Positions 24,971 through 38,914 of a stretch of 64,000 bases of DNA are shown piece by piece (position 1 is the stretch's first letter; the number at the start of each line of letters is the position of its first letter). The notes under the pieces are model-generated. The model made no database searches. It was not told where the DNA came from and was given only the letters and a program-made list of their open reading frames with translations. Origin of the DNA: Chiloscyllium plagiosum (lineage: Eukaryota). Location: contig NC_057751.1 of the NCBI RefSeq assembly GCF_004010195.1, positions 6,831,934 through 6,895,933 of the forward strand. Direction: 5' to 3'. Made by a program: the position numbers and the translations under genes.

Positions 24971-25934
24971 TTAATACTTAGTATGGTGGTCGTCTGACCT
25001 GGCTCCAATATGGATGATTGATGGGACCAGCTACATTCCCAACTGTGGCAATGAATTGTGGTAGCATTACCGGGCCTAGCTGCTGGCTCTAGCAAGAGCA
25101 CTAGTTGGCAGGTGTTTTGCACTGAATCAGTTAACAGCCTCATAGCAATAAAATCACATCCTCGTTTTCCAGTTACTGCCTTTGCATAATGTTCCAGCCT
25201 ATGTTAATTAGTCTTGTATGATGATTTTTGAAGGAAGACTAAGCACCAGATAGCACCTGAAATGTATTGTCGCTTTCTACAGAGTTCATCTCGAGACAGA
25301 TTCCAAATAGAACAGTCTGCTCCAAAATCTGCCTGCAATTATCACTATTTTCAGCAATTGGCAACTAATTAAAGTTGGCAAACTTTTCATTGTTTTTTTT
25401 TATTCCCCATGATAAAACAGTATGGCACAGAAGCCAAACATTTCGTTCAAGTGTTATTGGCTCTTGCAAAAATCAGTTCATGTTGTCCTATTTCCCCATT
25501 TCTTGACAACCCTGCAATTGTTTTTCTTCTTCACATATTTGCACAATTCCCTTTTCAAAAACTGCTCCTGAATCTATTTGTATCACCCTTTCAGGCAGCA
25601 CTTGGCAAGTCTTAATGACTACTTGAAAACAAATGCCTCATGTGACCCCAAACAAAGAAAAAGTCTGTGCCCTTGAGTTGCTGATCTTGCAGCCATTGGA
25701 AAGCATCCTTTGTTGACCCTGACTAAACCCTGCATAGTTTCAAACAGCTTGTGTGCCAAGGTTAATGATCTTGCATGGTTTGTAATTCAGCCAGCCAGAG
25801 TCAGAATCAAACTGTTCCAAGGTCTAAATAACAGCTTAAAACCATTTGAAGGAAGCAAACTGTCAGAAAGACAGTGTAGAACATAAGGACATTGCCACAC
25901 TGGTGGGGTGGACAGATAAGTGACAAGTGAAGTT

Positions 25935-26734
25935 GGTTACGATGTGGGTGTCGAACGCCTCTACTAATTAAAACTAACACTCCAGAAAAACTCGCCTCAC
26001 CATGTGCTACGAGTGAAAGAAAGCCCTTGATTTCCACAAAGAAAAACACAATTTATTTTCCTCATTAACAGTGAGCAATAAACAAAATTATGAACAAACT
26101 CCAGCTTAATTTTTGTTAACTAATCACTGTCTGACCTCAACTCGATCAAAATGCTGCTCTAGTAACAAGTATCAAGCATTACATTGACAGATTAAGTTAA
26201 AGTCCAAGCAGTCTCTTATACTGTCTTCCTTCTGGTCATCTGAACCTGTTGCTTTTCTCCATCCTTCAATTCTGCCACCTTCTCCCTGGTTCATTACTTT
26301 TTTTTTTACTGGAAAAGGTACCTTTGATAGATAATGCCTTCTGACAGATTCTTTTTGAGAGCCCCTTTCAGATGATGTGTGCTCTCATGATCAATGGCAG
26401 TTGTTCTGACCCATTCTCAAAATGCCATCATTTTTATACCCCTGATTACACCTGAAATTCTTAATCTGACTGGTTTCAGGCTGTCAACATCATGAGATTT
26501 TAAATTCGATTGGTATTGAAGGGTTGAGTGTTTTGTTTAAAATCAACTGTTCTGATTTAAATAGTGGTCAAAACAGCAACCAAAACTCAGGTGTCCATTG
26601 AGCAACTAATTGTTACATGTACCCATTTTGGAACATCCTGTCTCCAAGCTGCAGTAGATACTGGCAGTATATGCTGTCCCTTAAACTCAAACACACTGTC
26701 TTAAAGTGACCTACACGGTTTCAAATTTGGAACA
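25935..26734 (-). mobile_element. Solo LTR (Gypsy-like), 800 bp
   Basis: Termini (g)GTT...AACA, i.e. TGTT..AACA with one change. 4-bp TSD AGTT at 25931-25934 and 26735-26738. On the minus strand TATAAAA (26432-26438) precedes AATAAA (26052-26057). Confidence 0.6.
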
Positions 26735-26785
26735 AGTTCAATGCAGAGAAGTGAGAAGGGATACATTTTGCTATGGCAAACATTG

Positions 26786-26835
26786 GAGAGAGAGCGAGAG
26801 AGAGCGAGAGAGAGAGAGCGCGCGTGCGAGAGAGT
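26786..26835 (+). repeat. Imperfect (GA)n/(GC)n microsatellite
   Basis: gagagagagcgagagagagcgagagagagagagcgcgcgtgcgagagag. Confidence 0.9.
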
Positions 26836-26929
26836 GCAAATTAATAAGGTGTGACAGAACAGAGATACCTGGATATTTTTGAACACAAGTCATTTAAAAA
26901 AAGATTCCAGGACAGGGAGAGAGCACTAC

Positions 26930-27400
26930 AAATAAAGCATGCAGTATTGTAGCCTTCATTAACAAGAGCAGGGAGGTTATGATGGACTTATGTATGATGA
27001 CATGTCAACTGCAGTCACGTGTACTGTTCTGGGCAGCACACTTGAAGAACATGCATGCATTGGAGTGCAGAAGAAATTTACAAGAGGAAAAGCCTCAGCT
27101 ATGAGGAAAGATTAGAGAACTTGCAACTATTTTCCTTGACGAGGGGAAAGGGAAAGCAGCAATTTGATACAAAATTCCAAATAAACTTGTAAAATCAAGA
27201 ATAGGGTGCAGTCATTACGTGTTCTGCACAAGAATGAAATAGGAGATAATGAACTGTTTCACACTGGAGTAGTTGGGAATTGAATGCACTGTTGGGAATT
27301 ATAGTGGAAGCAACTACAATTGTAAGAATTCAAGAGGGCATTAAATTATTATTTAAACAAATGACATGCAGGTTTATGGGGAAGACGCAGGAGTCTGGCA
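26930..27400 (+). mobile_element. CR1 LINE 3' fragment, old
   Basis: aagagcagggaggttatgatgg; ttggagtgcagaagaaatttacaag; agctatgaggaaagattagag; tggaattgaatgcactg. Confidence 0.7.
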
Positions 27401-28084
27401 CTAAGCTAACATTGAGCCACTGCAGACAATGTCTGAATTGCATCCCAATAAACCAAAACAATTCTTGAATTCGGTGGAGCCCAGCACAATTTCAATACTG
27501 CACCTGGTTTCTCACATCCATTGTGTCCTGAGGAAAATAGGTGCTCGTTTTGTGACCATGCTCATTTGCTATATTTAATGTCCTGAAATCAAATTTAATT
27601 TTCTTCAACAGGGACCAGACCAACATACTCTCATTTTCCTGATCCAAATACAAAACAGCATTCAGGTGGAAGGGGGGGGGGGGGGGTGTGTGGGTGGGGG
27701 GAGATAAGGCAGTTCACTCACACCCCCAACGAAATGATATTCAATTCTTTTTGGTCTGAGTATTAAATATAAAGGTTTGCACAGTATTTGTCTAAAGACA
27801 CTCTTGCATTGTATACAGTTTTTCACAGATAGCAAATGTCTTGACCAGCACTGGAGCACTTTTGAACTGCAGTTATCATTGCATTACAGAACATGCAGCA
27901 GGTAACCAGTGATCAAACTTGCAGAAACAGTGATGTGATAAGAATTGTAACTGTATTTGTGATATTGATAGAAGGATAATTATTACCCAGGACAGCAAGG
28001 ATAAATAAGATGTTGTTTTTCTGTTGTTGGGACTAGATGGCTTTGTGGAGATGAGGCCATGAACAGATAAGCCATGATTAAAAT

Positions 28085-28405
28085 TAGAATCCCTGCAGTG
28101 TGGAAACAGGCCAGTTGGCCCATCAAGTCTATGTCGACCCTCCACAGAGTAACCCACCCAGACCTATTCTTCTACATTTCCCCTGACTAATGCACTTAAC
28201 CTACACATCCCTAAAGACTATGGGCAATTTAGGCTGGCCAATTCACCTAACCTGCACACCTTTGGACTGTGGGAGGAAACTGGAGCACCCGGAGGAAATC
28301 CACCCAGACATGGGGAGAATGTGCAAACTCCCCACAGTTACCCAAGGCTGGAATTGAACCCGGCCCCATGGCGCTGAGGCAGCAGTGCGAACCACTGAGC
28401 CACCA
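28085..28405 (-). mobile_element. HE1-like V-SINE, near full length
   Basis: tRNA-like head on the minus strand (ggtggctcagtggtt...gggttcaattcc), V-domain and CR1-type tail. Confidence 0.88.
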
Positions 28406-28769
28406 TGATCTTGTTGAATGGCAAGCCAAGCTTGAGGGACTGAATAGCATGCTCCTTCTATTTTCCTAAAATAGTGCCATAATATCTTAGATTGGCTCTG
28501 AATAGGCAGATGGAGCTTACATTGAATGTAGAAAGCACCTTTTGTAACATAGCAAGAATTCACCACTGATTTGCTTCAACCTCTTAAATGCAGAATTTTG
28601 TAGCGCACTTCTGTCAATGACAAACAGACACAGCTGAACCCAATGGAGTTGCTCTGCACGCACAATGCACAAAAAGTAGATTAAGCTTGTTTCAGAACCA
28701 TGTCAACAAAGTTCTGATTTGAAAAGGATAGGCATGATATATCTGCAATGACACTGGATGAACATTTCA

Positions 28770-29050
28770 TGACTCCAGCCTAATATTCTGGGTATGACTG
28801 TTCGAATCCCGCCCTGACAGATGGTGAGACTTAAATTCCATAGAAACCCGCAGTATCAAGTTGACCTCATGGCAACCACGTAGCTAAGGATGGTGATCAT
28901 GAAGTCTACTTTAGGGAAGGAAAGCTACTGTTATGACCTGGTCTGGCTGACAAGTGACTCCAGATCCACAGTAATGTGGGTGACTCCTAACTGTGCTCCT
29001 GGTCAGTGAGGGGTGGGCAATGAAATCAATGTCCACGTCCAATGAACAAA
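28770..29050 (+). mobile_element. tRNA-head SINE sharing its 3' tail with the CR1/L2 family
   Basis: B-box-like gttcgaatcc, then tttagggaaggaaa..acctggtctggc..gtgactccagatccacagtaatgtgg..gggcaat. Confidence 0.7.
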
Positions 29051-29479
29051 AATTAAAAAAGGAAACACAACAAGGGATATAATGGGTCAGTGTGCACAGA
29101 TGAAATTGGATTGAGAGACAAAAAAAAAAATTCCCAATTTGTATTCAGAAAGACTAAGATGCACAGGTGGCAAAGTACAGCTTGCTGGGAATAAACTAAA
29201 TGGAAAGTTGAGGACTTTGAAGAAGTCCACAATGATCTGTTTAATGCATACACTATACCCTGTATCTGGAAACTAGCCATTTTATTCCAAATTAAGCAGG
29301 AAACAGATGCTGTTTAAGACTATGCAGGTAGCAGCATAACTGTCAGTGTTATGCACATGCTGTGAGAGAGCATCTGTCCCTCAATTTTTGGTGCCAGATT
29401 GGAGTTAAATACACGCCAGAAATTAACACTGGGTATAAGATGACTCAGGGGAAACGTTATCCAAGTTTTCAGGATTTCA

Positions 29480-29870
29480 AGGGGTAACAAATGATTGTAT
29501 GCAACCACTGACTCGAACAGTGGTCACAGTTAAAGCTCGAGAAGAGGCATAAACATTGGTTCGGCGCAACTACTACACAGTGGAATGGGAAAGCGCATGT
29601 AACGCACTTCCTGAGAGACAGTGAGTGAGTGCAATTGCATTTTAAAGTGAAAATTTCAATGAATGAAATGACCGAGGAGTACTTGAGCTCATTACAGCAG
29701 CATTTGTGTTTCACGACAGTGTTACAAATCTCGAAGAATTGATTCCTGAATATGCTGGACCTCAAGATTCTCTCGTATGAAATCTTCACTCTGCTGAACA
29801 ATATGAATAAATTATGCATGATTCAAATTCCCAGATGAAGTGAAGTGAACGAATCACAAGAAAGCCCCTT
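29480..29870. promoter_or_regulatory. Candidate conserved non-coding element / enhancer
   Basis: Repeat-free block that retains more CpGs than its flanks; no credible ORF. Confidence 0.3.
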
Positions 29871-30299
29871 CACCTTAAACCATGACACTAATGATCCATA
29901 TGTAACAAAGGAAAGAAGATAAACTACACACTTGTGATGAAGAGTCTTCTGTGCATAGTTGGCTGTTCTTTAAATAAATTTTCAGACACAGTTGAGTGAA
30001 TGATCCATTGCAACCTTATTCCCAAGTTCCACATTCTTCGTGAAGCTTAATGCAATACATCAAGATTGCATTGGATATAGAAAAAGCTATGGGCCTCTCT
30101 CCAACAATCGCAACAATTGTGGAGAACGAGTTTAGCAAAGTGAAATGCCATGAGCCAGTGCAGCTGCAATATTGGAATCTATCCACAGTGACAAATTTTC
30201 TCTATGATCCATCCACGTAAGGCAGGATATATCTAATCTGGCCAATTAATACCTCCCCAATCTACTCAATGATCCAAAACATTGAAGACAGTGTTAGCA

Positions 30300-30690
30300 T
30301 CGCTACCAAGTCCATTCCCAGGTTTGCCACCTTGTGGTGAAGAGGATTGTACATACTTAAGAACCCAAGAACTAAACCATCTTGGGCACAGCTCCTGGTA
30401 GAGTGACCCATGACACTAAGAGTCAAGGGAGAGGTTCCAGATAAAGCACCATCTATGAAGACGTCAGTGGCGGAGCAGGTGGAGGATGACAGCTGAACTT
30501 GATTAAGGCATCACAAATGGTTGTGAAGGCAAAAGAAAGCTGCAGAAAAGGGCAGCCAGTCATCTGTCTCCATGCCACTGGGCTTCGACCTCTATCTACC
30601 AACGGCCGTGTGGTGGCTGTCTACCAGCCTCCCCATGTTAAAAGATGTCACACACAAAGAAGTCCTCCCAAGATGTACCTGCCCTACTGA
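30300..30690 (+). mobile_element. Probable RTE-family terminal sequence
   Basis: ccaccttgtggtgaagaggattgt...agctcctggtagagtgacccatg...agtcaagggagaggttccaga resembles an RTE-type 5' region. Confidence 0.4.
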
Positions 30691-33600
30691 TATAGCCTTG
30701 CCAAAAGTCCAATGATACTCAGTGGCAAAGGAGGCAGGCAATTGATATCTGGAGGCCCAAGTCACAAACTGACACATAAGGTAGTGGGAGTCAGACTCAC
30801 TTGTCTTGCTTTTTGGGAGAGGCAGATAGAGCATTTTGGTAGCTGCACCCATGACTGAACAGGCCTGTTTAGGTTTTCTTTCTGCTCAAGCCAGTAGCAG
30901 AGGGGACTGGAAAAGATTACCTCAACGAAAAAATAGCCTGCCTCGAAACCCCTGACTGAACATGGTTGCAGGATTGAGGGTAGTAAAAGTAAAAGTCTGG
31001 CATCAGGCATGGAGATCCATTCTCAGCTCATTCATCTTTAATCTCCTTGGCAGCATCAGGTCAGAACTGGAAATGTCAGCTGCATTTGCATATTATTTCA
31101 GCTTCACTGGAAACTCCTAAGATAATAAAGTGGTCTATGGTGGCTTGCTATAACTCCTGGACAATGTTTGAAACTTGGGTTGATAACAAGATAAATATTG
31201 AGAAGCCAACTTTGCATGGCACTTCAATTTACACAATGATCATCTTCAGCAACAAACATTGCTGTGAATTTCAATTGCATTACTATTGTTAAATCCTCTG
31301 CCATAATATCCTGGCACCACCATAGGCTGGAAAGCTGTGGCAGAACTACTTCTGACAAGTTGCTGCTTCTGTTCAGTTTTCCTCATCCTCAGTTGTCTTT
31401 TAATTAATTCGCTTCCCTTCTGAGGCCTCTACACTGTGCAGTGCCGTCAGTTCCATTTTAAAGTTTGTTTGTTTTGGCTGTCACCATCTGCTACAGCCCC
31501 AGTGCCATGACTACTATAGCACATGTTTCTTAAAAACTGCCAATCATGTCAATGACAAACTTGCTGAAAAGCCCTTGCAAAGAACTACATAGTTTTGCAC
31601 ATTGTTCCCATCTTGTGTTTCCTTGCATGTTTGAGAGCTGTATCGTCTCTGAAAGTGCAACTGATGGGGTCCATGGAATTTTCTGCAAGCACTCTATTCA
31701 CAACTTGGAGACACACATGCAGGCTCTTGACAATGTTAGAGCAGAAATAGAAGTTCTATCTAATTGGTTATTAACACCAATATCTTTTCCATATTGTGGT
31801 GCTGTTGTGAGTATTATGGTATATGATCCTGGTTCAGGAACAGTCCATTAACTGGTGGAGGTGGTTTTCATGCAGGAGATCCTGATTTTGGTAGATCAAT
31901 CTTCTCAAAGACTAAAATATGGTTGACAACATATGTAGGTAGTTTTGATGGGGAAAGATTCTAGTGGTGGGTTTTGCTCTAATCAAGAAATTATCTTGAA
32001 TTATTATTTCAAAGCAATGTATGGCCACATTCACACGCACAGATTTCAGATCTGTCGGTTTGCATGGATGTGTCAAAATTGCCACGTCTAAAAACATTAG
32101 TTGGCTCGGAACTAGTGTATTGAGAACAAGAACTCATGTAAGTGTGTCTGGGTCAGTTTTTCAAGGTCCCCTAGAAATCGAGAAACTGAAGTGTGGCTAA
32201 GTTTTGGATGTTGTTCATCACCAAGAGCCTTTTCATCAACTCTTAAATGTTGCCTTCTGTTAACTTGTGGTTCAAGGTGATTTCTTACCACCACTTTCTG
32301 AAAGGCAATTATGGATGGGCACCAAATGCTGACTTCCCAGTGACATCCAGAATCTGCGAATGCATGAAAATATAAGCATTACCCATTGGATTCCAGGGTT
32401 ATCTTTCAAGGAACTAACCAACTGTGTGACCGTCTCCTATAAAAAGGTTGTACAATTTAGAGGAAAGGTAATTTGATAAAATCAGTAGAGCTTGAGAATT
32501 GATTGAGTTGATAGGTGAAAAGGCAAATGGATTAGATGATGTTTCATGGTGTGAACGGCACTCCATGTGGAAGATTTTGAAACATGACAAGCTAACTTAG
32601 CAAATTGTGTTTCATAGTCAAGATTGGAGAAATGGTCCTGTTCTCCAAAGACTCAACTCAGGGCCCAGTTCTTCAACTGAAACCCGATCAACCTGAAAAC
32701 CAAAGGTTTTCTAATATTACTGAGCAGTTTTTAAAAAAGAAAAATGTTGACTCCTTGCTACTGATGGCACAAGTCAGAAGATTACCACACAGTGGACTTT
32801 GATCACATTGATAGAATGTCAAAGCTGGGGTTGTTCTCCTGAGAATATTACATTCAAAGGAATTTGGACAAGGGTGTTCAAAGTCATGAATGTCAAAAAG
32901 AAAAACAGTTTCCAATGGAGCAAGAAGTCAGTAATCAGAAGCTGCAGATTGAAAGCGGTTTAGCAGAAGAACTAGAGATGCAGTTGGAAATTCATTGCCT
33001 TATGGAGTGGCAACAACACATTGAAAAGAGTTGAATAACTAGTTCAAGATAAATTTTACAGGCTGCAGAAGAGGAGAATCAATTGGGACCTCTGTGTCAA
33101 CAAGTTAACAGAGCACAATACATTGAACATTTTCATTCTGACCAATGAAATTTCCAGAAATGAAGACTCTATGCATGATGTTTGGCTGGGAGATCGAAAG
33201 AATTAATGCGTTGGATACTGTGGAACAACATTCATGCTTCTGGCTTTGTAAAAGCCATTCCAGGATTTCAGCACATACTCTAAATTAAGTCTCCCATGCA
33301 GGAATAAAGGAAAGGACGTTCTGTCAGAGGTATTACACACTAAAATATTTTATAACATTTCTTGAATCAGGTTTCCCAATGCCCCAATGAAGCAATTCAC
33401 TCAACCAACATGAGCTTTGAATGATGACCTAGTCATGCAGCTCATTGCAGAGAGATTTTCCTTAAATGCTGCTTCTGACGTAACAGCAGTAACTGTACTG
33501 CCAAGTAGCTCATTTGTATGGAAAACGACTTGAAATGTAATGAGACAATAACCATCCTTTCCATCTATGCAGTGAGATAATACTACAAGCAAGCAATGAA

Positions 33601-36017
33601 AAGATGTCAGAATCCCCATATCTCTGTCACCATAAAACCAGATTGGAAGAGACTTCGCAATTAATAGGAGTACGTTGAAGTAAATTCTAACAGCTGGCAC
33701 TCAGTTTTATGCTGACAGTTTGAGTGATAATTGTCTTTATTCCACCTAATGAAGTAGTCATGGAATCAAGTAAGCACCCTTGCCTCCCAATTAACCCCTT
33801 CCCGTTTGTGGCCATACTCTGGCTTTCAGAGGTGTATTTTGTCCTGATTTTTGAAATGAACAAAGGTTGTTAAAGAGATGGAGAGACATCCGTTCCAAAG
33901 CCAAATAAACAGCTTGAGAGAGGCCTATTTTCCTTTTTGCCAAGTTAGAACAACAGAAACAGCCCGAACAGGTGGCGTACAGCTCTTGCAGAACCAGGAT
34001 TGTTTTTAATTTTAGCCTTCAGTAGTAATTGCTGGGGTCTCGAAGCAAGTTGTGCAAGCTCTTATTTCTCTGTAACAGCGAAATGCTGGGCTTCACCTCC
34101 TGCTGCTAGAATTGCATGGGAGACAATTTTATGAATTTGCCTTTGCCACACGTTTGATGATTTGATCAACTTTTGTTTGTCCTGTGAGGAGAATGGGTTT
34201 GCTACTATTTTGAGGTGATATGTACAACGTACTCAACTAGTCATGCATGCAATATACACAACTGAACTTACATTCCCATGGAAAAAAAAGGGCAACTAGT
34301 TTCATCTTTTTAGAACTTGAAAGGAATTGAAAACTTGGATTTTTTTTTTCCCTCTTCACTGAGCCAGCGGTCAGATCATGTGGAGGCCACCTGCGCTGGT
34401 CTACTGCTGAGCGCCTTTGAAGAGTGATGGTGATGTTTGTCTTTTTAACTTTGCTCCCGGTTTTTCTGATCTGTGGTTATACAGTGTATAGCTGTCAAGT
34501 TCATTTTTTTCCCTTCACTTCTCTATTCTGTAACCAAGGATTGTGCCTCAGTATCCTTAGACCTAAGGTGGTGCTGTCAGTGGCAATTGAGATACTTTTC
34601 ACTGTACATGTCAATAAAGCTAATACAATTCAACTGAATTGATAAGCCACCTTTTTTTGAAGCTGCAATCCATGTGATGGAAGTACATATACTGTTGCTT
34701 CAAAACAGCACTGTGTGAGAGATCATTTCTCCTTCACTAAGGTATGGCTTGGAGGGGTACTTGCAGGTGGTGGTGTTTGCCTGCACATACGGTCCCTTGT
34801 TGGTCCAAAACACCGGTTTTGGCTTCTGCTTATTTTGTGTCTTTTTGTAAGGTGTGATTAAAAGTATGTAAGATGGGACATTTTTATTCAGTGTCATGAT
34901 CATGTTCAAGATGGGTCAGAAAACATTGTACACTAGAGAGAAATCCCAATGTGTGTTTCAAAAAATTTGGTCTGCGAATTCAGAAGGGAGAATACTTTAG
35001 GGAGGGATTTCAGCAAGATAAATAAAGAACTGCATTATATTATGAATTAAAAGTAAACTTCAGAACATAGATAATTAAGTCAAATTGCAGATCATGATTT
35101 AATATGAGTGCAACATAAATCCAATCAAGGTATATGAAGTGCAACTTCACTCAAGGAACTATAAATGATTGCAGTAATCTCCCAGGGCAGGGGAGCGGAG
35201 ATTTATTTGTCGAGTTGTGGATTTTTTTTCATGTTGGAGAGGGAGCAGCATGAGTGAGCCTAATAGTTTATTCCGATCCTTGACTTTTCTTATGTTCTTA
35301 GAAATGAAAAAGTGCTACAGACTGTGTGCTACTCAGATCTAATTTTCATGCCACATTGAACACTGTTATAGGATGGTGAAACAGTGATGTACAGGTAGTC
35401 TGATTCCTTGTCTCCACTGCAGCATAACTGTACATGGAATCTAGATCCATCTTGGAAATTGGCTTCATCCTTTATTTAATTCTACTCCACCTGACAAGGC
35501 TGATGTTGCTTTTGGTTCTTGAGAAATTTGAAACATCTTGTCCTGACTTTTGAAATCCAAGATCTATTGACCAGATTTTTTTTCTTGATCTTGCATAATG
35601 ACATCCAGTGGAAACATGAAATTGATAACATTGATATCTTCTCACCCGCTGTTTGCATTTTACCTGCTTTTAAAAATCTGCCCGATGGGAGCTTGAAGAT
35701 AGATTTGCAGAATTTGATGGACTCCAATCTGGTCCTTTGTCTACTTGGGAACTGTTGTATCACTATACTGTAAACCTTAATTCGTCAAAAATTTACAATC
35801 TTTCACAGGGGTGAATGGTACAAGGGGCAAAGCCTGACTATTGACTGTTTTCTTATGGGACTTGGTACCTACCCTTCCTGAGAAAGGGCAACAATTCTGT
35901 TCCATGCACTTCATTTTCAAACACGAACAGCAATAAAATCATCTAATGCTCAGGTGTTAGATGTGAGCAGAGATCGTGGGAAGCGTAAATTGTTCAGAAT
36001 GGCCTAACATGAAAACA

Positions 36018-36186
36018 AAGGTGAGTGGGATGCTGGAAAAGAACAGTAGGTTGGACAGCATCCGAGGAGAAGGCTAATCAACATTTCAGGCATAAGACCT
36101 TCATCAGGAACGAGGCCGACTTGTTGTGCTTTTCCAGCACCCCACTCAAATCTGATCTCCAGCATTTGCAGTCCTCACTTTCTCCT
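36018..36186. mobile_element. Penelope pLTR fold-back (inverted pair)
   Basis: Minus-strand pLTR with decayed hammerhead (36080-36107) followed by a plus-strand pLTR end. Confidence 0.75.
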
Positions 36187-36618
36187 GAAAAAGGAGAATC
36201 AGTCCAACCTGACAGGCTTAAATGCTTTGAGATTTGATGAGTTACTTTGCTAAACAGCACTGACGTGCTTGGTTGCAGGTTCAATCATCTCATGTGTTTG
36301 TAGTCAGCCATTCATGGGATGTGGGCCAGCACATTTTGGCCGTCCCCAACTGCCCATAACTGTCTTTCCTGACTTGTTCAGAGGAAAGTTTTGGAGTCAT
36401 GTGCAAACCAACTGGGAACAGCAACTACATTTCCGTACTGAAAAGCTGCTGGCACACCAATAGAATGTGGATGATAATCTGGAAACCTGAAGGGCACTAT
36501 GACCAGTATCAACTTTTCCTTCCAAATTATGGAAGAAAGTGACCAGAATCATTTTCTCTAACAGCCATCTTCATATTTTACCGTTTCTTTGGACCATGTC
36601 TGAATTATTAGTCAAGTC

Positions 36619-38095
36619 AGGAGAATGTGAGGACTGCAGATACTGGAGAGTGAGAATTAAAAAGTGTGGGGCCAGAACAGCGCAGGTCAGGCAGCATCTG
36701 AGGAGCAGGAGAGTCAAAATTTCAGGCATTGGCCCAACATCAGGAATTGGGGGGTGGGGTGGGGGAAGGAAGTTGGGCGGGAGCGCAGTGATAGTCATAG
36801 GCCAGTGGGGAGGGTGGAGTGGACAGGTGGGAAGGAAGGTGGACAGGTCAAGATGGCAGTGCTGAGTTGGAAGATTGGATCTGGGATTAGGTCGGAGGAG
36901 GGGAGATATGGAAACTGGCCAAGTCCATGTTGATGCTGTGTGGTTGAAGGATCCCAAGGAAGGTGTAGATTGTGGGTTGGTAGGGGAGGGGGGCATGGAG
37001 CTAGCAAGGAAGTCTCAGAAGGAATGATCTATGTGGAATGCAGAAAGGGGTGGGGAGCTACTTTGACTATATGTCCTCTCACACCCCCTCCAATAAAAAC
37101 ATGATCCCTTATTCCCAATTCCTCTGCCTCTGCTGTATTTGCTCCCAGCAGGAGCAATTCCACTCCGAGACATACCAGATGGCCTCCTATTCTAAGGACC
37201 GCAATTTACCCTCCCATATAATTAACAATACCCTCCAGCACATCATCTCAACTTCGCACACCTCTGCCTTTGAACCACACCAGTCCAACCGCAACAAGGA
37301 TAGAATCCCCTGGTCCTCACCTTCTACCGAACTAATCTCCGGAGACAGCCCATTATGTTCTGCCAGTTCCACCACCTACAATCAGATCCCACCACCATAA
37401 ATATTTCCCTCCCCACCCCTATCAGCATTCCACAGAGACCACACCTCCCCACTCACCACCATCCAAGGCCCCAAAGGAGCCTTACACATTCGGCAAAGAC
37501 TATCCTGCACGTCCACTCACCTCATCTGTGTCCGTTGCTCTCAATGTGGTCTCTTCTACCCACATGTGGGAGACATGATGCCAATTCATGGACTGTTTCA
37601 GGGAATGTCTGAGACACACGCGCCAAGCAACCCCACTGCCCTGTGGCCGACAACTTCAATTCCCCCTCCCAAAGACATGCAAGTCCTGGGCCTCCTCCAC
37701 TGCCAAATCCAGGGCACCTGACGCCTGGAGGACGAAAGCCTCATTTTCTGCCTTGGGACCCTTCAACCACACGGTATCAATATTGACTTCACATCTCCCC
37801 TCCCCCCCCCCCACCTCATCCCAGATCGAACCCTTCAACTCTGCTCTCTTGAACTGTCCTACACCTGTTCATCTTCCTTCCCACTTATCCTCTCCACCCT
37901 ATCACTATTATCCCCCACCTGCATCCACTTAGCACCTTCACAGCTACTTTTTCCCCTCAGCCTCACCCCATATTTATCTCTCAGCCCCCTTTAAATCGCC
38001 CACATTCCTGATTAAAGGAATATGTCCCAAATGTTGACTTTGCTGCTTCTTGGATGCTGCCTGAACTGCTGTGCTCCTCCCAGTGCCACACTTTG
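36619..38095 (+). mobile_element. Penelope-like element with inverted 5' pLTR block, decayed
   Basis: 36619-~37020 is a minus-strand pLTR/3' end. Plus-strand part carries IPYSQFL.L..ICS, LICVRCSQCGLFY (GIY-YIG) and FCLGTLQPHGIN motifs and a terminal pLTR. Confidence 0.85.
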
Positions 38096-38477
38096 GCTTA
38101 ATGGTCGTCACCCAACCATGTGATATTTGTTATTTTTCAAGGCTTAAGGGAAGACTCCAGGAGAAGTCCCGTCACTACCATGTTATGACAACTAACACTA
38201 ACCAGGAAGACATGTACAAACTATTGTCTAACTCATTCATGGATCATTGTTTTAATGTTGGGTAATGGTAAAGATTTTCCCATTATGGTATTACACACCT
38301 CAGTAGCTCTAGTTTCAGGCAGATGGCAGTCTTGAGTTAGATAAACTCTGGCATGGTCTTCTGCTGAAGACACTTTGCAAGGTGTCTTACCTTCCTCACG
38401 TCAGTACTGGTTCAAATGCTTAAGGGTTGATGCAACATGTATGTGGTCCCTTGTCTAACAAACCACCTCTTTTTGCT

Positions 38478-38778
38478 TAGATTTCTTACAATGTGGAAAG
38501 CAGCTATTTGGCCCAACAAGTCCACACCAACCCTCAGTTAACCCACCCAGACCCATTCCCCTATATTTCCCTGATTTAATGCACCTAACCTACACATTCC
38601 TGAAAACTATGGACAATTTAGCGTGGCCAATTCACCTCACCTGCACATCTTTGGACTGTGGGAGGAAACCGGAGCACCCAGAAAAATAAAGGCATACAGA
38701 CACGGGAAAATGGGCAAACTCCACAGTCTTCTGGCACTCTGAGGCAGCAGTACTAACCAGTGAGCCACCGTGCCACCC
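38478..38778 (-). mobile_element. HE1-like V-SINE
   Basis: Same motifs as 28085-28405. Confidence 0.85.
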
Positions 38779-38914
38779 GTTGCTGAGATTTCGCAGTGAT
38801 GCGCCCGAGACCACACGACTGGAGAGACCCTTGAATGACCCCAGGAAGGATGTTTTGTGGAAGCATTCTGCCCCAGAAAAAAGTCTATAGGTAGTATCCA
38901 GACATCACTTAAGG

